This document shows, piece after piece, positions 25,869 through 39,859 of a stretch of 64,000 bases of DNA; within the stretch, counting starts at the first letter, position 1, and every line of letters begins with the position of its first letter. The notes beneath the pieces were generated by a model. The model worked only from the letters and a program-made list of their open reading frames with translations, was not told the origin of the DNA and made no database searches. Origin of the DNA: Octopus sinensis (lineage: Eukaryota); assembly GCF_006345805.1 (NCBI RefSeq), contig NC_042997.1, positions 30,442,001 to 30,506,000 of the forward strand, read 5' to 3'. The translations under genes were made by a program, and so were the position numbers.

Positions 25869-26324
25869 GTTTGATTAAGTTTAGCCAGTATCACGATTCA
25901 TTAGACATACTTTCGTGGAGAGCAGACAGCATATCATCATAAGTACTTTACAGGACTAACAAACTGTGTACTGCTCCAGCACCGTTGTATTTGAATTTCA
26001 TATCGTAATACTTCACGCGTTATTCTTTCTCTTAAACTGCACACTTCTGAAACCTTACCCATGTTTGTTATTTTAGAAAACTTGGACTTGCAGAAAATTA
26101 AACTTGGCATCAACCTCATTGACTTAAGGGTTGTGTGCACCGTTTAACTTCCTCGTTTTAATAATGTTTAAAACAGAACAGTTCCCTTGCCTTCAGCCCA
26201 TGTGACCGCACCGTCTTTTTCGCCTTTACTCTCATACAAAGGGCACAGCCCTAAACGTTTCTTTCTTCATTTTTCTCCCTAATCACCATCTTGAACACCA
26301 ATAGTTGTACATTAGGAAGAAAAA

Positions 26325-26557
26325 AGGCGGCGAGCTGGCAGAAACGTTAACGCGCCGGCCGAAATGCTTAGCTGTATTTCGTCTGCCATTACGTTCTGAG
26401 TTCAAATTCCGCCGAGGTCGACTTTGCCTTTCATCCTTTCAGGGTCGATAAATTAAGTACCAGTTACGTACTGGGGTCGATGTAATCGACTTAATCCGTT
26501 TGTCTGTCCTTGTTTGTCCTCTCTATGTCTAGCCCCCTGTGGGCAATAAAGAAATAA
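26325..26557 (+). mobile_element. SINE family D, full length
   Basis: Consensus head-to-tail match. Confidence 0.92.
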
Positions 26558-27546
26558 GAAATTGCTCTACCACTGTAACAAATCTATTAAAAATGTGTTT
26601 ACATATTATAAGTATTAAAGCGGATAAGAAACATCGAGGGGTCTTCTGTGACCATACAATCTGCTGCATATATTATCCAAATATCCTACAAATCAAATCA
26701 TTGCATACCATGCTAAAAAACAATCATTGGATTATGAAGACAGATAAGAATGATAAAAGATCAGATCAATTGGAAGTCTACGCGTTCAAGGTTGACCTGA
26801 AAATATACCCAACAAATTTAAAGCAATACTGTCTTCCAAAACGATACCTGTACACGCGCGCTCGCACACATACACGCACCAAAAAATAATCAAACAAATC
26901 AAACTAACAAACTAAGCAACCAGCACCTTGCGTCACTTGACCCGCTAGAAATCCCAGCCAAATATTCGCAGTCTGATTATAGGCCCACACACAACACATA
27001 TATTTCAGTTTTAACTTCCATAAACTGATGCACACATACATAAAAAAGGCAAAAAAATATACCATGTACACAGATACTGTAGATCTTATCGGGTAACCAA
27101 CAACATGTTGTCAGATAATACATGTTCATACATTGCAGACACACCATATGCAGACTATGAATTTCTTTGATATCGCAAATGAATTTCCGTATTCAGCCAA
27201 GAATACAAACAAATGCACATAGCCATATCGTACAAACAAGCGCTCTTACATACACACACACATACACACACACACACACACACACATACACACATACACA
27301 CATACACACACACACACATACGCACACACACACATACACACATACACACATACACTTACCTATGGCTATGAATATATTTATACATGAATGTGTGGAGGGG
27401 TTTCTGTGCATGCATGCATACATACATACTTATATGTATGTATGTATGTATGTATGTAAGCAGGCAGGCATTGCTGAGTGAGTAAGAAAGATATGTTCGC
27501 TTCACGGCTGTGAGAGTTTATGGCTTTGACCGCATTTCATAGCATG

Positions 27547-28422
27547 CGTAGTCTGATCAATAAATATCCGGAATGTTGCCATAGTAGCGAAGCTAAAGCA
27601 CGCAAAGTGAAGCCGCTTGGCACAGACCGACCTTAAACTCTGCTGTGCATGCGTACTAAGTTTTAATGTTTCAGCTCACTTCCACCGTTTACAGTAGTGC
27701 TTAGAAGGAAGGTGTGCAGCCTGTGATCGTCGCATTGATCATGACAGATGCAGCTGAACAGAGAATCTGCATCAAATTTTGCCAAAAGTCTGACGATACC
27801 TGCTCAGAGGCCTACACAAAGTTTTCAAAAAGTTTACATCGTTCTCGACACAATCAAGGAGATTTTTCGGTACTGAAACTCGAGTGTTCTTTTGATCGGC
27901 TGAAAGTAATTATGGCACAAAGTTGACAGACACGCGTCTCATACCCAAATCTTCTGTGATGATGGACTGAACAGAACCGTAACTTATCTGCACATCTTGT
28001 GATAACACACGAATGGTGATTCAACGGTTTCCCCTCACAGCTGCACGCATATATGCAATGGTTTTCTCACTTCTGTTGGTTGCAGGTTTCCCAGAATGTT
28101 CGTCAATATCGACATTTTTTGGCCATCTTAGAAACGTCTCAACCACTCGTACACTTGTGTGCGGCTCATACACTCCACTTCATACACTTTCTGCAAAGTT
28201 GCGTAGGTCTTTGAGCAGGTATCGCCATGACAACCTTCTTTGTCGTGGTCAATGCGACGATCACACACTACACACCTTCCTTCCAAGAACTGCTATAAAC
28301 AGCGGAAGTGAGCTAGCATGTTAAAACTTAGTGCGCACGCACAGCAGAGTTCAAGGCCAATCTATGCCAAGCAGTTTTACCCTGCGTACTTTAACTTCAT
28401 TACTATAGCAACAGTCCCTATT
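27547..28422. mobile_element. Mariner-derived fold-back element built from two 5' ends
   Basis: About 27565-27760 is inverted at about 28225-28420. Left arm encodes MTDAAEQRICIKFCQK; the minus strand encodes ENVDIDEHSGKPATNRSEKTIAYMRAAV. Confidence 0.8.
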
Positions 28423-30269
28423 AAGTAAATAAATGTATTTGCTATAGCCTCGCGTTGACCCAAAACTTTGGTATGGGATTGAACAAGCATGAACCGCTCA
28501 GATTGACTGTATCTGAAATTTAGTGATGATCCAATGTCGTCACAATGTGTCTCGTTGATTCTGTACTCTACAGCTACTGACTGCAGAACTACGTGCTAAC
28601 GCTGCCATCGGGATCAACGCCAGATCGTTCAACTCCCAAACTAGAGTTTGTCGACCACGGAAGGATGAAAGGCAAAATTAACCCCAGCGTGCTTTGAACG
28701 AAAAGTACCAAAAGTCGGAACAAATCCTGCAAAGCCTTCCGTCTGACAGCTCAAAGATTCTGCCCATTCATCGCTTTTATACTTCTATGATGTAATACAT
28801 TTATGTGAACATATATCTATGTATATATAAATATACACGCGCTTGTAAAGTTGAGTAGTAAGGCACAAGTCTGCCCACACAAATATAACAACCATCCATT
28901 CTGGTGCATTATAGTTGTACATGATAATACCTAATGCATGCACACAATAGGGTATTTAGAAATTTGTTTGTTACTAAACACTTAACAAAGATATAAAAAT
29001 ATATATACATATGATATCGATTACATAAGAGTATGAAAGGAAAATAGATCTGACCGAACTATCATGTTCCGTTACTTCTAGACCTACCCTTTTCCTTGTT
29101 TCTTACCCTTTACAGATAGCGAGTTTTCCATCTTGTGGGTGGTCGGGTCACATAAATACATAAATGAGCGCTGAAGGAATTGAAACAGCAGCGTCGGGAC
29201 AATAATAAAGACCTCCTAGTGTGCTGAAAAAGCAGATTAAACAATGGAACAATAGCGTGTGTGTGTGTGTGTGTGTGTGGTGTGTGTGTGTGTGTGTGTG
29301 TGTGTTTGTGTGTGTGTGCGTGCACTTGCACTTTTGCTTGTGTGAATGTAGATGCATGTATTTTTATATGTATATTTATAAGTGTGTGTCTGCGTTCGTA
29401 TTATGTACATAAAAGAGGCGTTTTCCTGTCAAAATGAGTAACATGGCAATTATTTTATTGAAATTTATTTAACGAATTAATAAACTCGGATTAAAATAGT
29501 CTACAATGGATATGTTCGACTAAAATTATGAACACGGTTATCCAAAGTAGATGTCGAATGAATAAATCTAGAATGTAAATTAAAGAGCATACGTATACAG
29601 ATAACTGCCGGGTGAAAGTTTGTTATATGAAAAAATGCAAATATAATGATGGCATATATTAAATCATATATTAAATATATTTATATATATATATATATAA
29701 CTATGTGAAGTTCCGGATGCAAGAGTAGAGAATAACTAACTCTTTGTAAGAAATACATCAGAAATACCTTGGATGAAATTTAAAGAAATTTTATTTCATG
29801 GGTAATTTTACTTCCCGGCTTCAATTATCGAATTCTGCCTATTGAAGATTCCGGAGTCCAGGATATTTTGCATATATTTCTCGTTTTAAAGGAATACTTA
29901 CTTAAGATAACATGTATTCAGGTCTGTTTGAAGTTTCACAATGAAAGGTTTCCTAATTCTAGCTTAACTATTTTAGGTTTCCTAACCCACGCTCTCTTGT
30001 GCGTAAATATTTCGTAGTTATGTAATCTCGCCGGGAAAAGTATGGGATGCAAATTAGTGTAGACATTATACCTAAGTTCTAGATTTTGTTTCATGTAAAT
30101 AGTGATTAGCTATAGATTCTATTCGTGGCAGAAGGATGAGGTACCGTGAAACATGACTGTTTTACTTTTCTGTGATCGAGGAAAATAGCAAGATACATAC
30201 GCACCTTTTTAAACTTCCACAGCGAATAACTTTGAAACCAAAGTTTATTTTCTGTTATATCGCAATACT

Positions 30270-30654
30270 GTGGAAGCACTCCGTCGGTTATGACGACGAG
30301 GGTTCCGGTTGATCCGAATCAACGGAACAGCCTGCTCGTGAAATTAACGTGTAAGTGGCTGAGCACTCCACAGACACGCCTACCCTTAACGTAGTTCTCG
30401 GGGGTATTCAGCGTGACACAGAGAGTGACAAGGCCGGCCCTTTGAAATACAGGTACAACAGAAACAGGAAGTAAGAGTGAGAGAAAGTTGTGGTGAAAGA
30501 GTACAGCAGGGATCACCACCATCCCCTGCCGGAGCCTCGTGGAGCTTTAGGTGTTTTCGCTCAATAAACACTCACAACGCCCGGTCTGGGAATCGAAACC
30601 GCGATCTACGACCGCGAGTCCGCTGCCCTAACCACTGGGCCATTGCGCCTCCAC
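30270..30654 (-). mobile_element. SINE family A (tail A1), full length
   Basis: 11-bp TSD ATCGCAATACT at 30259-30269 and 30655-30665. Confidence 0.95.
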
Positions 30655-31870
30655 ATCGCAATACTACACAGTGGCTGTGTGAACTACGAAATCCTCGTCA
30701 CCACTGTTATGTCGCACGTTCGGATGCCTTCTACTCAACCTACTCTACTACGTCTCTAGTCAACTCTGACGTCTAGGCTTCTCCCTCCATATCTACGTAT
30801 TGGGCTTGCCTACTTCATCGTCTGGGGACGTCCATACAACATTTTCTTTCAAGATATATAAAGTGCAACCAAAATTTGATGGTGTAGATTCTTATCTTTC
30901 AATAAGTCACATCTTCCTTCTAAAAGCCATCTATTTCACTGGAAGACACACTAATACCAATTATGATCCTGGTTGGTATTTACGGGCGTTTGTACGGTGA
31001 TGATATCAGGCTTATGATTTTAACATCACTAGTAGTCGGTAACTGGTATTTTTAGAAAACGAATAATTACAGAATTCAATAAATTCAGTTTAAAGGTAAC
31101 AGCCAAAAGGAAACTTGCAACTATAAACTTTCAGGATGTTAAACTTAAACAAACTTAATCAAACGGGCCCTTTAAAGAACCCAAAAGCATCACTGTGTGT
31201 ATTTATACACGTTCAAACAATGTTATCAATGAACAGGAACAGAGAAAACTGCATCAGACGGACCGCTCTGGGGGAAACTCAATGCTTTATGTGTCACGCA
31301 AAGAGTGAGGACCTAAGTCTAAGAACACACACAACACACACATGTGTGTGTGTGGTGTGTGTGTGTGTGGTGTGTGTTGTTTACTATGTGTGTGTGTGTG
31401 TGTGTGTTGTTGTGTGTGTGTGTGTGGTGTGTGTATATATGTGTGTGACAAACAGACGCTATCTGACCAGCGGGCACGGACACATCTATTCACACCCGCA
31501 TACTAACCTCCTGATAACCCCAAAATCATTCATGCATAAAGGGGAAGTATACACCACATTGGCTACTTCCTCTGTTCTCTCAGTTCAGCCTTTCTGCTAA
31601 TACCGACAGGTCAGTAAAAACATATCTCGCCTTGTACTTAAAATATCTGAGATGTATAAAAAATCCATTTTAATTTTTGCTGTCAAAAGGCTGTATATAT
31701 ATACCAAAGATTGTATATATATACATGTATGTGACAATTTGCGACAACCAATAATTAACGCAACCAATTCCCAATAATATATTTGTTTTATCCTTTTCTG
31801 CCAAATTTTCCCAAATATTCTCATCACACTATTGAACTTCTCTGTTACCAAACACTATATTTATACATGT

Positions 31871-32008
31871 AATGTGACAATTATGTATAAAAAAACATTT
31901 TTGAATTCATAATATCCAATGTGACAATTATGTAAAAACTTTTTTGAATGCATAATATTCAATGTGACAATTATGTAAAAACTTTTTTGAACCCATATTA
32001 TTCAATGT
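31871..32008. repeat. Minisatellite, three copies of 43-47 bp
   Basis: Each unit begins AATGTGACAATTATGTA. Confidence 0.9.
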
Positions 32009-32124
32009 TTCCTTAAATGTAACTTTTGACAATCTTTTACAAAGAGTGAAACGGTTAAGTAAATAAACATCGTTTAAATTGCATTTTCAAACCTTTTTTC
32101 TTATATATATATATATATATATAT

Positions 32125-32413
32125 CGTTACCAACGTCGCCTTATTGGCACCTGTGCCGGTAGCATGAATAAAAAGATTTGAGCGAGGTCATTGCCAGTAC
32201 CGTCTGGCTAGCCCCTGTGTCGGTGGTACGTAAAAAGCACCCACTACACTCTCGGAGTGGTTGGCGTTAGGAAGGGCATCCAGCTGTAGAAACTCTGCCA
32301 GATCAAGATTGGAGCCTGGTGCGGCCATCTGGTTCGCCAGCCCACAGTCAAAATCGTCCAACCCATGCTAGCATGGAAAGCGGACGTTAAACGATGATGA
32401 TGATGAGGATGAT
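32125..32413 (+). mobile_element. SINE family E, 3' part with (GAT)n tail
   Basis: GTTGGCGTTAGGAAGGGCATCCAGCTGTAGAAA central block; ends GGACGTTAAACGATGATGATGA. Confidence 0.75.
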
Positions 32414-34111
32414 ATATAAGAGTGTGTATATGTCTGTGTATATATATAAGAGATTGTGCATGTGTGTGCATATATATATATATATGACAGAGAGAGTGTG
32501 TGTGTCTCCACCTCTTCTCTCCTTTCTTTATCTTTGCATCTACTATATCTCTTCTGTGTCTGTCTACAAATGATAATACAAGACTTTGATACAGACTTAT
32601 TGTCAGTTGAACAACTCGCACATTTACATACACACATATACGCACACAATACAAAGACAAATACACACTTCCATTCCCTTCGCTCTGAAACTCGTATGAA
32701 CAGTCACATATACACACACACAGCTGTGAAGGAATAACAGAGTTAAGCAGGAAATCTAACATTAGAATTACTGATCAAGATAAAAACGTATCAGATAGAA
32801 ATCTTACCAAAACAACCACCATCATCACCAGAACCTCTCCCCACCCCTTAAATAATCAACTCCCCCCCTATCACAACTGTCATAGCAGCTATACTCCCAC
32901 CACTTCCACTGAAAGTACCGCAACTTTAAAAAAGACCATAATTACCAGCGCTACACAAATACTAATACAAACTAAGTATAAATCATTGATATAGTATAGT
33001 TGCCGGCAAGGGAGTCTATCTGTAGTTTCTAACATAATTGACCTGTTAGAACTAGCAGCCAAGTCTTCTTCAAAAGACACCTCACTGTCTTCAAGGGTGA
33101 AGGGCGCATTAAATAATATAGTTTTAGACATATTATGCTTGAATTAAAGACGGAATTACCGCGGTCAGAGTATCTTTGCATAGAGATCGGCTCCTTCAAT
33201 GCTGACTTGGGGTTAAAGTTGTACCACTCTGTAATACTTCTTTAGGTTCAGCATCTTCATTCTTATGATACTTATAAATCTTTCTAATTTTGGTACAGTC
33301 AAAAGTTTTGAGGGAAGTGGGGAAGTCTATTACACTAATCTCAGTGCTCAACAGGTACTCATTTTATAGAGCCCGAACGAATGAAAGACAAAGTCGACCC
33401 CTGTGTTAGAAATGCCACCAAACATTTTGACGATTCTGCCGGCTCATAAAAACAATTATTTCTAATTTGGGTAACAGTTTTACGGAGAAGGGATTTAATC
33501 GATTACATTGCCTCAGTACTTCACTGGTACTTAATATGGAAATCAGAACGTAAATAGCCTGAATAAATGTAGCTAAGTTTTTTTATCTGTCGTTCTTGCG
33601 ATTCTGCCGATCTATCATCCTTATGCAAATACAAATAATGATTATATCTAACACGATTACACTAGTGTAGTCCATTAGGTCCAAATGATGAAAAATAAAC
33701 TTGAGTTCGGCGTAATTTTGAGCTTAGGAAAATAAAGTACCATAACAAAATACCGCAAAGCATTTTGTCCGACGTTCTACTCTGCTAACCCACCGCCCTT
33801 AATTTTATAATGATTTTTAGAAATCAATGAGTATGCATGTAGCTGTAAAAACTTGCCCTTATATTGCCCTATCTAAGACGAGAATCACACTGGTTCTACA
33901 AGCGACCACTTCTCTGAAGTAATAAACTAGTCTGTTAGTTCAACCACTTACTCTGAATATGAGACAGAAAAAAGTGTAAGACAGAATGATGGAGAGGGAG
34001 AGATAGATACGCTCACTGGTAGACAATTTTATTGACCAACAGCTAACACATTGCCTTTCAACCTGCTGAAAATAATACGTATCGCACCCTACTGTCTAAA
34101 GTAAAGGTTAT

Positions 34112-34448
34112 TAAGACTCCCTTCGGTCATGGCTGACCGTGGGATTGCACCTGGAAAGTTACCTTCCCAGGCATAAGTCCGGGCAAGGTTGTTTATGGAA
34201 GGCCAGCAGTCGCCCATGCATAGCGGCCTCCCCTCTCCACGCCACCAGTGTTATCCAAGGGAAAGGCAACAGCAGATACAGCTTGGCACCTGTGACGTCG
34301 CAACTCATTTCTACAGCTGAGTGAACTGGAGCAACGAGAAATAAAGGGTCTTGCTCAAGACTACAACACGCAACCCGGTCCGGGATTCGAACTCACAGCC
34401 TCACGATCGTAAGCTCGACGCTCTAACCACTGAGCCATGCGCCTTCAC
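34112..34448 (-). mobile_element. tRNA/CORE-like SINE family B
   Basis: 14-bp TSD AAAGTAAAGGTTAT at 34098-34111 and 34449-34462; matches the copy at 40601. Confidence 0.92.
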
Positions 34449-34682
34449 AAAGTAAAGGTTATATTGAACAGTAAAGGTTATACTATTCCTGATATGCAAA
34501 TGACTGGAGTATCTCGAGTATCATAATTTTGTTGCACTAAAATTCATACGGAAATACACAATAACAAAGTTTTACTTCGAACCAACTAAGGAAATCATAC
34601 GCGTTCACCAGAAACATTCAGGTGGAAATAAAAGAGGGAAATAACTTTGCTCAAAGGTCGCCTAGATCATGACTAACCTATA

Positions 34683-34911
34683 TATTTCTCTACTACCCAC
34701 AAGGAGCTAAACACAGAGGGGACAATCAAGGACAGGCAAACGGATTAAGTCTATTACATCGACCCCAGTGCGTAACTGGTACTTAATTTATCGACCTCGA
34801 AAGGATGAAAGGCAAAGTCGACCTCGGCGGAATTTGAACTCGGAACGTAACGGCAGACGAAATACGGCTACGCATTTCGCCCGGCGCGCTAACGTTTCTG
34901 CCAGCTCGCCT
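34683..34911 (-). mobile_element. SINE family D
   Basis: Consensus match. Confidence 0.92.
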
Positions 34912-35343
34912 ATAGCTATACAACAACTACTACTGCAACAACTACTACCACAACAACTACTACCGCAACAACTTCATTACTGTAGGCAGTTCGTTGTTGC
35001 TTTGCAGATGTTTCACAGTTAAGTATCAAGCTGTATCCTGCAAACTTGTGTATGTAACACTGTCCTTATTATGCTTACGGTACTAAACGAGGATATCCGT
35101 AGTAAAGTAAAGAAATTCACCTGGATAACCAGCATCTTCAGGCATCCATTTAAGCTTCTTGCAACTGTTCTTCATGCTTGTATCACAATCAGGATGATTA
35201 CAACTTTGTGGCAGTTTCAGATTCATTGAAATCCATATTGTAAATCCTAATATTCGTGTATTTTTCTCCTATTCTTTGTCATGTACGAAACTCTCCACTC
35301 ATGAGTCACTTTGTAGCTTCTGCCATTTTAAAGTAAAAATAAC

Positions 35344-35409
<66 letters not shown>

Positions 35410-35415
<6 letters not shown>

Positions 35416-35500
35416 ATCCAAACATGAAAGCACAAAAAAACACAACGCGAGGTGGTGGAACAAATACAGTATTATTGGACGCTCAGGAAAGAAGGAAATA
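35410..35500 (-). mobile_element. Possible Penelope-like terminal fragment abutting (TA)n
   Basis: Minus strand TTCCTGAGCGTCCAATAATAC...GGATTAACTATATA loosely resembles the sequence downstream of the hammerhead-like motif at 52091. Confidence 0.4.
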
Positions 35501-35504
35501 TATA

Positions 35505-35900
35505 TACTCTTTTACTTGTTTCAGTCATTTGACTGTAGCCATGCTGGAGCACCGCCTTTAGTCGAGCAAATCGACCCCAGGGCTTATTCTTTGTAAGCCT
35601 GATAATTATTCTATCGGTGTCTTTTGTCGAACCGCTAAGTTACGGGGACGTAAACACACCAGTATCGGTTGTCAAGCGATGTTGGGGGGACAAACACAGA
35701 CACACAACCATATACACACACACATACATACATATATATATATATATACGACGGGCTTTGAGTTTCCGTCTACCAAATCCACTCACAAGGCTTTGGTCGG
35801 CCCGAAGCTATTGTGGAAGACACTTGTCCAAGGTGCCACGCAGTGGGACTGAACCCGGAACCATGTGGTTCGTAAGCAAGCTACTTACCACGTAGCCACA
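35505..35900 (-). mobile_element. SINE family C
   Basis: Consensus match. Confidence 0.9.
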
Positions 35901-36094
35901 AAATAGTGTACATTTAAACACATTATAACACATAAATGTACGCTGTATTTTATATGAATAATATATAGTCTAGAATAATATATAGTCTAGAATAATATAT
36001 AGTCTAGAATAATACAGTCTATTTTCTATACGCTAAGCTACTGGTAGTAAAAATTTCTAAAATCTTTATTACCCTAATATTATTAATTATATAT

Positions 36095-36136
<42 letters not shown>

Positions 36137-36970
36137 TCGGAGTTTTTGATATATGCATGCATATATATATTTCCCATTTGTGATTATATATGTATGTACA
36201 AATATCCGTGTGTGTGTTTGTGTTCGCGCGCGTGTACGCAGATACATATAATACTTACAATAGGAGGTTCTCTGACACTGTGTGACAGGAATAGACATCT
36301 CGTTCTCATCGACCCGACACCACACACAGTCCCGACTTCCTGATCTGATATAGCTAGCTGCCCATGTGCGTGTGTCTGTAAGAAAGAGAACGAGAGAGAG
36401 GGGGGCGGAGAGAGAATAGTATAGGAAAAAAAAGTCAGATAGACAGAGTGTGTCTAGCCTAGTGTTTAAAGAGGGAATAGAGCAAAATAAATGGATGGAT
36501 CGACTCTAGATAAACCAATAACGACAACTTTAAAGAAATGTTAGTGGAGGCACTGGACTGTCCAGGCGCCAGCTACAATCTCTTCGCGACTATTCGCTAG
36601 TATGAGGTAATCTAATGAAATACAAATAAAAAAGTACAGACGACTGAACTGCTTTTGAAGAACGGAAGGAAGTGAGTCTGTTGTTGTATTTGTTGTTAAA
36701 CCCGTCTTTTCAACGTTTGGTTCCTTTTAGCCAGTTACGAATATGTTCATATAAGGTGTGAATTTGCCACCCACTGCGCGCATGAAAAAAAATATCACGA
36801 AGTGTGTGTGTGTGTGTGTGTGATAGTGTATGGTTTTGACTGTTTAACGTATTCTACACCGAAACCTGGATCGCTGCTATGTCAATTAAGTGTTGTAGTA
36901 AAAGAGTGACATGTAACCCCTTTGCATACCGGTGCCGTACATGTATGCATGGACAAGGACCTTAACATTA

Positions 36971-37056
<86 letters not shown>

Positions 37057-37321
37057 TCACACACACAAACGCATTCATGCTGAAAACAGGTGCCCGTTAT
37101 TGTTGCTTATCTCAAAAGTCACCGTGACTAAGTTCACTAATGACTACAGAGCCCCCAATTATCATTATCCGATCTTTCTAGTCATAGCCCTATGATCAAA
37201 AACATTCCAGCCGTGATCATACCACCCTTTATTAATGTAGATTATATGTAGGGCATCATCATCCAAAATGCCCTTCTTTTATTTCAAGTGAAAGTAGGAT
37301 ATAATTTGAGATAGATTTGAG

Positions 37322-37645
37322 TGAAGGCGCATGGCTCAGTGGTTAGGGCGTCATGTGGTAGTGAGTTCGATTCCTGGACGGGGTTGTGTGTTGTGTTCTT
37401 GAGCAAGACATTTTATTTCACGTTACTCCACTTCACTCAGCTGTAGAAATGAGTTGCGATGTCACAGGTGCCAAGCAGTATTGGTCTTTGCTTTTCCCTC
37501 GGACAACATCGTTGGCGTGGAGAGGGGAGACTGGTATGCATGGGCGACTGCTGGTCTCCATAAAACAACCTTACCTGGACATGTGCTTCGGAGGGTAACT
37601 TTCTAGGTGCAATCCCGTGGTCAGTCATGACCGAAGTGGGTCTTT
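37322..37645 (+). mobile_element. SINE family B
   Basis: GAAGGCGCATGGCTCAGTGGTTAG head, CORE-like body and CATGACCGAAG tail. Confidence 0.88.
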
Positions 37646-38128
37646 ACACCCGCCTCCCAACTTTTTTTTTCTATCTAATAGTTAGTGAGCTGGCAAAAAC
37701 GTTAACAATTTTGATGGTGTCAGGGTAGTTCAATTGCATCGACCTCCAACGCTCAACTGGTACTTATTTTACCGACTCCGAAAGATGGGAGGTAAAGTTG
37801 ACATCAGAGCGTAAAGACGGACGAAATGCCGCCAAACATTTTGCTTGATGTGCACACCGCCTTAAAAGAACTCAATATTGGTTACATGGTAAGTTATAGA
37901 TATTCATTATCTATTTCTTTACTACCCACAAGGGGCTAAACATAGAGGGGACAAACAAGGTCAGACAAAGAGATTAAGTAGATTACATCGACCTCAGTAC
38001 GTAACTGGTACTTATTTAATCGACCCCGAAAGGATGAAAGGCAAAGTCGACCTCGGCGGAATTTGAACTCAGAAAGTAGCGGTAGACGAAGTACCGCTAA
38101 GCATTTCGCCCGGCGTGCTAACGTTTCT

Positions 38129-39859
38129 TATTTCTTTATTACCCACTAGGGGCGACACAGAAAGGGACACTAAGAAACATGGGGACATATAACATTATAA
38201 TTAAACTTTATGAACATGAATTGTTAAACGAAAAAATGATTAAATGAAAGCGATACCAACGGCCCCGTCCGTCAGCATCACTTACCTGTCCTTTGTTTTT
38301 CATAGTCACTTGAATGTTCCTTGCCAATACGAACAAATTCCATATCCATTCTTACTCCGAAATACTCATCCATATTTTCACGAATTCATCGCTCATTCTT
38401 ATATCTTTCACCTCCAATTCTCGCATTCACACATCACCATAAAGTCACCTATGTTCTTCTTTTCAATCACAGCATACCTAGTCTCACCAACATCATACCA
38501 TTTATACTCTTCCATTAGACTTTTAACTTCTTTCTGTTCAGTCATAGTACAAATGTACGGCCTGATATCGATTTCAATCTCTTGTGTGTGTGTATTCTTT
38601 TTTTTCTTTTGTTTTCTTGTTGGGGGGGAGCGGGTGGGTCAATGTCTGCATGGATAGGGTGGGACTCAGAGGGCGTGGGTGGTTTTGGGGTGGATTGGAG
38701 TTCCATATTATTTTCTTTTCCACGTATTCTTCTCTTCCTCTTACTTCCAGCTTCCTTCCATTTCTGTGTATTCTCTTCCTCTGTTCCTTCTCCTCTGGTT
38801 TCTGCTTCTCTCTCTCTGGTTCGGGATCCATTTCTTTCCCTGGGGGAGGGCAGAAGGCTCTTATGTGACCCCTCAGGCCACACTTGTAACAACGTGGAGC
38901 CCTGCCCTCCACCCACACTCTCATGATCACTTCTCCCAGTCTGATGCTTTCCGTCAGGTCCACCAGTACCTCGGTCTCTGCCTGTACGTTCAGCTCCACT
39001 GTTACGCCTCTCCAGCCCTCGGACTTAACCGAGGCATGGAGAATATCCACTTCGTCCTCGTGGCGCTGATCACAGCCGCCACAATCCATTCTGCCTCCAC
39101 GTTTGGTGGCACTCCCTCCACCCTTATTCGTGTAATCCTCCTGTTTAAATACGTAGGTAACAGTGTTACCTTTTCCGACTTCACCGCCTTCGCCGCCATC
39201 TTCCTCGCTGCAGATTCACTTTTAAAATGCACAACTACGGTCCCATACTTGGATCCTCGAGTCAGAAAATTTATTTCCTCCTCAGTTCTTCGCAGGGCTT
39301 CCTCTATCCATTCCATGGTTACAACTTCTACCCTCTTCCTTTCGTTTGCGAACACCCTGTAAACAATGGTCCTCTTATCATACCATTCTTTTCTCCTGGG
39401 TGTCGGTGCCAGTTCCACCTCACCGCTTTCCTTTTTCATGTGTTTCTGGTAACTTGGTAGCTTGGCCAAGTCGACCCCTTTCTCTTCCGCCTTCTTGGTT
39501 ACACCGGCATAAGTATAACTCAGCTTCTTTTCCAATTTCCTTGCTGCCATTTCTAGCTCCTTCTCAGACATGTCTGATAAAGACTCGAAAACTCCAGCCT
39601 TTTCCTCCATCAGCTTCACTGCAATTGCCTGTTCCAGTTCTCATCTGTCGTGGACAAGTCTGTTAGAGACTCATAGTCCATTCCTTCTGTCTGACAGACC
39701 GAAAACGGCCGCCAAAACAGAAAAAAGTTTAACGCGCTGAACGAGCGAAACGCGAAACCGCGTCAACGCCGTTCAGAATTTCCACAACAACAACAACGCT
39801 TTTTGTTCTTTTTTACCGAATTTTCAGGAGCCGAAAAAAACACAACCGACGTCAAACGA
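38129..39859 (-). mobile_element. ORF1-only non-autonomous non-LTR retroelement (Tx1/L1-like, HAL1-type organisation)
   Basis: 15-bp TSD CGTGCTAACGTTTCT at 38114-38128 and 39860-39874; ~180-bp 5' UTR; one frameshifted ORF; tail CCCCTAGTGGGTAATAAAGAAATA; no EN or RT motifs seen. Confidence 0.82.
38280..39681 (-). pseudogene. ORF1p-like nucleic-acid-binding protein with CCHC zinc knuckle (frameshifted)
   Basis: Joins ORFs 39002-39619 and 38574-39089: RRM-like GTVVVHFKSE...RIRVEGVPP, then VWVEGRAPRCYKCGLRGHIRAFC (CX2CX4HX4C); probable ATG at 39681. Confidence 0.8.

Noticed and set aside
35118-35250. Minus-strand open frame GFTIWISMNLKLPQSCNHPDC ending at CAG/GTGAAT, a possible exon
   Set aside because: No convincing acceptor site, no recognisable domain and no partner exons; RNA-seq would be needed.
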